DNA of 64,000 nt from Candidatus Multivoradales bacterium (GTDB lineage Bacteria > Acidobacteriota > Thermoanaerobaculia > Multivoradales > J023). The stretch covers positions 1,728,001 to 1,792,000 of the forward strand of contig CBDFLE010000005.1 of assembly GCA_965248925.1 (NCBI GenBank). The letters are read 5' to 3'. A program made the position numbers and the translations under genes. Shown in pieces: positions 58,917-64,000 of the stretch; the first letter of the stretch is position 1; each line of letters starts with the position of its first letter. The notes under the pieces are model-generated. The model saw only the letters and a program-made list of their open reading frames with translations. It had not been told where the DNA came from and ran no database searches.

Positions 58917-59036
58917 GTGATCTCCAGCTGCTGCCCGAGGAGTAACGCGGCCCGGCAGTGGGCGGGCGAAAAGCTATCACAGAGCTCCTGCTCGACAGAG
59001 CTTCCGAGCCGCCGCCCGGCGAAGGGATTCGGCGGC

Positions 59037-60893
59037 TCAGTTGACCTCGACCCAACGCTTAGCCTTGAGCTCGAAGCGCGGCAGGCTGCCCCGCTCGACG
59101 ACCCGGACCGGGATCCGCAGCTGAAAGGCGTCGCGCAGCGCGGTTTCCAGGCGTTGCGCCAGCTCTGTGGGGGCGATGGCATCGTCGAGCGGCTCAAAGT
59201 GGATCTCGATCTCCACCATCGCGCCACTGGACAGCTGGCGGACCTGATACTCACCAATTCCGGCCAGGGAACGCACCACCTGCTCGACGGCGCTGGGAAA
59301 GAGGTTGACCCCGCGCACCACCCGCATGTCATCGGCCCGCGCCAGGATGCCTCCTTCGAGGGCCAGCTCGTGCAGGCCCAATTCCTTGGACGAGCGCTTC
59401 GAGGGCCGCACCAGGTCGCCCGTGCGGTAGCGCAGCAGCGGTGAGCCGTTGCGCCGCAGGGTGGTCAGCAGCAGCTCACCCACCTCCCCCGGCGCCACCG
59501 GCTGCAATGTCTCAGGGTCCACAACTTCGGCCAAAAAGCTGTCCTCGGCAATATGCAGCACGCCGGCATGCTGCGGATTGGGGAAGCTCACCGGGCCGAC
59601 CTCGGTCATGCCGTGATGATCAAAAATCTCGGCTCCCCACAGCTCGGCCAAGCGCAGACGAGTCGCCGGCACGCTGCCGCCGGGCTCACCCGCGACGATC
59701 AGCCGCTCGACCGATGAAGGCACCAGATCGATGCCCTCCTGCGCCGCGACCTCAGCCAAATGCACCGCATAGGTCGGCGTCGCACAGATCACCGTCACCT
59801 GATTGTCGATCAACATCTGCAAGCGAGCGGCGGTCGACACCCCCCCCCCCGACAAGCACAGACAGCCCATCTCGGCCGCGGCGTCGAAGGCCACCCAGAA
59901 ACCCAAGAACGGCCCGAAGGAAAAGGGAAACAGCAGACGGTCCGAGGCATCGACACCGGCGACGTCGAAAACTCGCCGCCAGACTTCCCGCAACACCGCG
60001 AAGCTCTCCGGCGTATCGAGCCAGCGCAGCGGCTGGCCGCTGGTGCCACTGGTCTGGTGAAAGCGACTGTAGCGCTCCAGGGGATAGGTGAGATTGGTGC
60101 CATAAGGCGGTTGGCGACCCTGATCGTCAACCAGCTCGGTCTTGGTGGTGGGTGGCAGGCGGCTGAGATCCTCAAGCCTGCCAATGCCCTCGTCGAGGCC
60201 AGCGGCACGAAGCCTCGGCGCGTAAAAAGCGTTGCTTTGCGACAACTCTCCGAGCAAGCGGCGTAAGCGGCGCAGCTGTCGCCGACGCAGCTCATGACGG
60301 GCCACATCCTCGGGCAAGCTGGCCATCACCGTTACCGAGCTAGGCTCCAGCGGTGGCAGCAATTCGAGCACCTCGGCCAATAGTCTGCCGTCGTTAGCGA
60401 TCAGAGTGTTCTGGCGCCCGAAGAGGGTGGCACCCTCGGGCACCAAGCCTTCAAACAGGATGCCGGCGGCATCGAGACGCAGAAAACCGCGGGTGCGGCT
60501 ACTGTATTTGACCCCTTGTTCAGTCAAGATCCCACCGAGCGGCAGGTGCCCCTGCAAGATCAGACCGCGCACTGGGGCAGCGAAACATTGCAGATGGATC
60601 TCGATCGCCCCAAGTTCCGCCAAGCGACCGCTGTCGGCGCCGACCAACGCCACCCGCCGCAGCAGGCTCTGGCCCCGGCGGCGGAGTTCCAAGACCCGGA
60701 TCAGAATCGGTTCGCCACAGAAACTCTCCAAGGTCGAGGTCATGTCGACCCGGTGATCGAGCAGCCGGCGATAGGGCTGGGGTAAATCCTCGCTGCGCAG
60801 CGGCTGCGCCTCGAGCCGGTCACGCTCGGGCAGAAAAAGCTCGGTCAGCGGGTACAGCAGATCGACGGCGGTTCTCTTGCTCGGCATGCTCAA
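59037..60893 (-). CDS. Fusion of a chorismate lyase-like domain and a phenylacetate-CoA ligase (PaaK)-like domain
   Basis: N-terminal LLDHRVDMTSTLE...PLGGIL...FGR..EVLE; C-terminal TSGTSG, AGEPG, HGMTE, LRYRTGD, GRADD-like ARADD. Confidence 0.8.
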   Translation of the reverse strand: MSMPSKRTAVDLLYPLTELFLPERDRLEAQPLRSEDLPQPYRRLLDHRVDMTSTLESFCGEPILIRVLELRRRGQSLLRRVALVGADSGRLAELGAIEIHLQCFAAPVRGLILQGHLPLGGILTEQGVKYSSRTRGFLRLDAAGILFEGLVPEGATLFGRQNTLIANDGRLLAEVLELLPPLEPSSVTVMASLPEDVARHELRRRQLRRLRRLLGELSQSNAFYAPRLRAAGLDEGIGRLEDLSRLPPTTKTELVDDQGRQPPYGTNLTYPLERYSRFHQTSGTSGQPLRWLDTPESFAVLREVWRRVFDVAGVDASDRLLFPFSFGPFLGFWVAFDAAAEMGCLCLSGGGVSTAARLQMLIDNQVTVICATPTYAVHLAEVAAQEGIDLVPSSVERLIVAGEPGGSVPATRLRLAELWGAEIFDHHGMTEVGPVSFPNPQHAGVLHIAEDSFLAEVVDPETLQPVAPGEVGELLLTTLRRNGSPLLRYRTGDLVRPSKRSSKELGLHELALEGGILARADDMRVVRGVNLFPSAVEQVVRSLAGIGEYQVRQLSSGAMVEIEIHFEPLDDAIAPTELAQRLETALRDAFQLRIPVRVVERGSLPRFELKAKRWVEVN

Positions 60894-60986
60894 GACTTAC
60901 GCGCAGTGGCTTGGTGAGTTCTTCTTCGCCTGCTCAGGTAACCCACAAGACGAAGGCTTTACACCGGCTTTACTGATTGTAGGCAA

Positions 60987-61985
60987 TCAAGCCTGCTGCC
61001 AGGCGCGGCGTTGCAGGCGGCCGTTCTCTTGGTAGATCTGCCGCACCCAGGTGAGTTCTTCGGCAGTCAACGGCTCGCCCACTCGGCCAGCCGCCCGCAC
61101 CTGTTGCGGGCGGCGCTGGCCGAGCAGCACGCAGGCATTCGGACTGTCGGCGAGCAGCGCGCCGACCAGGCCATGCAATACGGGTTCGCAGCTGCCGGCG
61201 AATCGCTGCTGCAGCTGTTGGCGGCACTGTCGCAGCCGATGCAGCAGAGCGAAGTCGCGAAACTCAGGAATCGCGTTGCGATGGTCGCCATCACCGAAAG
61301 TCACCGGACCTTCGAACTCGCCGAGGAGCAAGCCGTGTTTCAGCGGCGAGAAGAAAGCCACCCCGACGTCATGGGCTTCGACCCAATCCTTCAAACCACT
61401 CGCGGCATAGGTGTCGTCAACCACGTTGCGGTAGGCCTGTACCGCTTGCGGCTGCACTCGATCAGCATAGCGAACGATGCGTTCGTCGCTCCAATCCGAG
61501 AGACCGATGAAGCGGATCTTGCCTTCTTCCCGAAAACGCCGCATCACCTCGATGGCATCGTCCAGGTATTCGTCTTGGGAGCCGAAATCGCAATGGTGCA
61601 AGTAGTAGAGGTCGATATGGTCGAGACGCAAGTTGAACAACGAGCGTTCCAACTGGCGACGCATCTGCTCGGGATGGTAGTAGTGCTCGAATTGACCAGG
61701 ATCCCAACCCACTTTCGAGGCCAGGAAAATGTCTTCGCGGGGCACCTCCGACCAGGCCTCGCCGATCAGCTGCTCGGAGTGGCCACGGCCATAGACATCG
61801 GCGGTATCCCAATGCCGCACTTGCCGCCGGTGGGCTTCCACCAGGGTCTTGCGAACCGCCGAGTCGCGAGTACCAAACCAGCCCACCGGGCGGCCGTTGG
61901 CAGTCGCCGGCCCGCCATGGGACCAGGTGCCCAGACCAATAGATCCAAGGTGCAAGTCAGTACAGCCGAAGCGGACGGTTTTCAT
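60987..61985 (-). CDS. Aldo/keto reductase
   Basis: IGLGTW, WDTADVYG, SLFNLRLDHIDLY, FSPLKHGLL. Confidence 0.9.
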   Translation of the reverse strand: MKTVRFGCTDLHLGSIGLGTWSHGGPATANGRPVGWFGTRDSAVRKTLVEAHRRQVRHWDTADVYGRGHSEQLIGEAWSEVPREDIFLASKVGWDPGQFEHYYHPEQMRRQLERSLFNLRLDHIDLYYLHHCDFGSQDEYLDDAIEVMRRFREEGKIRFIGLSDWSDERIVRYADRVQPQAVQAYRNVVDDTYAASGLKDWVEAHDVGVAFFSPLKHGLLLGEFEGPVTFGDGDHRNAIPEFRDFALLHRLRQCRQQLQQRFAGSCEPVLHGLVGALLADSPNACVLLGQRRPQQVRAAGRVGEPLTAEELTWVRQIYQENGRLQRRAWQQA

Positions 61986-62097
61986 GCGGATCGGTACTCT
62001 CTAGCAGAACGAATTCCAGCCGTCTCCCCGACAGCCGACGGCCCTTCATCTTGGCCGGCCGGCAGCTTAACACGAGCTCTTGGCCAGCCAACGCGGC

Positions 62098-62125
62098 TTG
62101 ACCTCCAGCAGCAAGGGGTTATGAT
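62098..62125 (+). promoter_or_regulatory. Sigma70-type promoter for the ileS leader
   Basis: TTGACC-N16-TATGAT. Confidence 0.6.
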
Positions 62126-62132
62126 GGGCGCC

Positions 62133-62198
62133 ATGACTGCCATGGAACTGAGAAAGAACTTCCGTTGGATCTTGATTAGCGGCTCCACCGCCCACTGA
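62133..62198 (+). CDS. Putative ileS leader peptide
   Basis: MTAMELRKNFRWILISGSTAH* with ATC-TTG-ATT; starts at the predicted TSS; followed by an attenuator hairpin. Confidence 0.55.
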   Translation: MTAMELRKNFRWILISGSTAH

Positions 62199-62225
62199 GC
62201 GAGCCCCGAACGGATTCATCCCGCA

Positions 62226-62260
62226 AACGGCCTCGCCTACTGGCGAGGCCGTTCCTGTTT
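62226..62260 (+). terminator. Attenuator-type intrinsic terminator upstream of ileS
   Basis: AACGGCCTCGCC-TACT-GGCGAGGCCGTT then CCTGTTT. Confidence 0.65.
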
Positions 62261-62326
62261 AGAACATGTTGAGAACGGCAGCGCGCAGCGAGAGTCCACT
62301 AACCCGCGCCGACCGAGGAACCCGCG

Positions 62327-64000
62327 ATGAGTGACCCATCCCAAACTACGACTGCCCATGCCGACGAGCAGGCCAAAAGGCGCAAGAAGAGGTACAAGAA
62401 GAGCCTCAACCTGCCCAGGACACCTTTTCCAATGCGCGCCAACCTGGCTCAGAACGAGCCCCAAACTCTGCGCCGCTGGCAGGCCGAAGGACTCTACATG
62501 CGGCTGCTCGAGGAACGCGCCGACGAAACGCCCTTCGTCTTTCACGATGGCCCCCCCTACGCCAATGGCACCTTGCATCTCGGCCACCTGCTGAACAAAG
62601 TGCTCAAGGACCTAGTGGTGCGCAGTCGCAATCTGTCCGGTGAGCGCTGTCACTTCATCCCCGGTTGGGATTGTCACGGCCTGCCGATCGAACACCAGGT
62701 GATGACCGCCTTGATCGAATCCGGCAAGGGGCAAAAGTTGGCCAGCTTGAGCGATGACGACCGTCGCATGGCGGTGCGGCGGGAGTGCCAGCGCTCGGCT
62801 GAGAAGTTCGTCAAACTGCAGAGCGCGCAGATGCAACGCCTGCTGGTGGCGGCGGATTTCGACAACCCCTACTTGACGATGAAACCGGTATATGAACAGG
62901 CGGTGCTACAGGTTTTCGCTGATCTGGTCGACGCCGGCCTGGTCTACCGCGACCTCAAACCGGTGCATTGGTCGATCGCCAACCGCACCGCCCTCGCCGA
63001 AGCCGAGTTGGAGTATGAAGACCGCACCGACTCCTCAGTTTATGTCCGGTTCGACATCTGCGAGCCAACGGCGCTGGCCACCGCATTTAGTCTCGACAGC
63101 CCAACCGCGAGCAGCCTGACCGACGCCGGCCTGCTGATCTGGACCACCACCCCCTGGACTCTGCCCGCCAATCGGCTGATCGCGGTTCACCCCGAGGTCG
63201 AGTACGCCTTGGTCGAGCTGGCCGGCAAGCCCACCGTGGTGGCTAGCTCGCTGATCACCTCCGTGGCCGGCAAACTCGGCGTCGAGACGCCAGCCCCCAG
63301 CGCCACGGCGAAGGGCAAAGCGCTGCTGGAGATCGCCTACCAACACCCCTTCCTCGACTTCCAAGGCCGGGTGGTCGCCGCCGACTACGTCACTCTGGAA
63401 GACGGCAGCGGCCTGGTACACACCGCGCCGGGCCATGGCCAAGAGGACTACCTCACCGGTCTGCGCGAAGGGGTGCCGACCTACTGCCCGGTGCGCGGCG
63501 ACGGCACCTACGACGACTCGGTGCCCGAGTGGCTGCGCGGCCTCTCGGTGTGGGACGCCAATCCGAAAGTGGTCGAGCGCTTGCGCTCCAAGGGTCATCT
63601 ACTGCACCACGAGGAGTACAGCCACTCCTATCCCCACGATTGGCGTTCGAAGACACCGGTGATCTTCCGCGCCACCGAGCAGTGGTTCATCGCCGTCGAC
63701 CGCACCGCCAAAGGGCGCGCCGGCAGCTTGCGCCAGATGGCCCTCGACGCCACCGCGTCACAGGTTGAGTTCATCCCCGACTGGGGCCGCAAACGGATGC
63801 GCGGCATGCTCGAATCGCGACCCGATTGGTGCATCTCGCGACAGCGCGCCTGGGGTTTGCCGATCCCTGCCTTCACCCTGCCAAACGGCCAGGTGCTGCT
63901 GACTTCGGCCTCGGTGCGCGCCGTCGCCGCAGCCTTTGGCCGCGACGGCTCGGATGCCTGGTTCACCAAGAGCCCGGCCGAGCTGCTGCGCGATTGGGAC
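62327..64000 (+). CDS. ileS: Isoleucine--tRNA ligase (partial, runs off the window)
   Basis: Manual translation from ATG 62327: LNLPRTPFPMRANL, HDGPPYANG.LHLGH, GWDCHGLPIE, IWTTTPWTLPAN, DWCISRQRAWG. Confidence 0.96.
   Translation, partial: MSDPSQTTTAHADEQAKRRKKRYKKSLNLPRTPFPMRANLAQNEPQTLRRWQAEGLYMRLLEERADETPFVFHDGPPYANGTLHLGHLLNKVLKDLVVRSRNLSGERCHFIPGWDCHGLPIEHQVMTALIESGKGQKLASLSDDDRRMAVRRECQRSAEKFVKLQSAQMQRLLVAADFDNPYLTMKPVYEQAVLQVFADLVDAGLVYRDLKPVHWSIANRTALAEAELEYEDRTDSSVYVRFDICEPTALATAFSLDSPTASSLTDAGLLIWTTTPWTLPANRLIAVHPEVEYALVELAGKPTVVASSLITSVAGKLGVETPAPSATAKGKALLEIAYQHPFLDFQGRVVAADYVTLEDGSGLVHTAPGHGQEDYLTGLREGVPTYCPVRGDGTYDDSVPEWLRGLSVWDANPKVVERLRSKGHLLHHEEYSHSYPHDWRSKTPVIFRATEQWFIAVDRTAKGRAGSLRQMALDATASQVEFIPDWGRKRMRGMLESRPDWCISRQRAWGLPIPAFTLPNGQVLLTSASVRAVAAAFGRDGSDAWFTKSPAELLRDWD

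Noticed and set aside
58917-59040. Trp leader peptide or T-box upstream of trpS
   Set aside because: No Trp-codon ORF or T-box motif. The hairpin at about 59006-59038 is more simply the end of the upstream gene's transcript.

Overview
GC-rich bacterial chromosome segment. Gene content (TIGR02999-type ECF fragment, HTH-TPR and TPR-CHAT proteins, C25 fusion protein) suggests Acidobacteriota, possibly Thermoanaerobaculia; this is inference. Housekeeping genes (gcvP, serB, ferritin, uppS-like, ybdK, ilvA, fxsA, mltA, trpS, partial ileS, peptidases, ABC exporter) alternate with eroded accessory blocks (IS1380, IS701 and RAYT remnants, chimeric deletion scars, two TA pairs). Main findings: (1) A NACHT-FGE/C-lectin NLR-like gene (37385-40342) shares an ungapped amyloid-like N-terminal motif with the small gene just downstream, and its 3' end looks like a DGR variable region with a 1-nt frameshift. 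(2) An ECF sigma / anti-sigma / lipoprotein TPR-CHAT / secreted S8 protease locus carries three identically spaced copies of a candidate promoter, GTCAGA-N15-GCGAAT. (3) A putative leaderless Ile leader-peptide attenuator lies before ileS. (4) A 3095-aa adhesin is fused to a gingipain/PorU-like C25 domain and carries an atypical Cys-bracketed insert. (5) A frameshifted secreted 8-Cys peptide gene. All calls come from reading the sequence and recognising motifs; no database searches were run.
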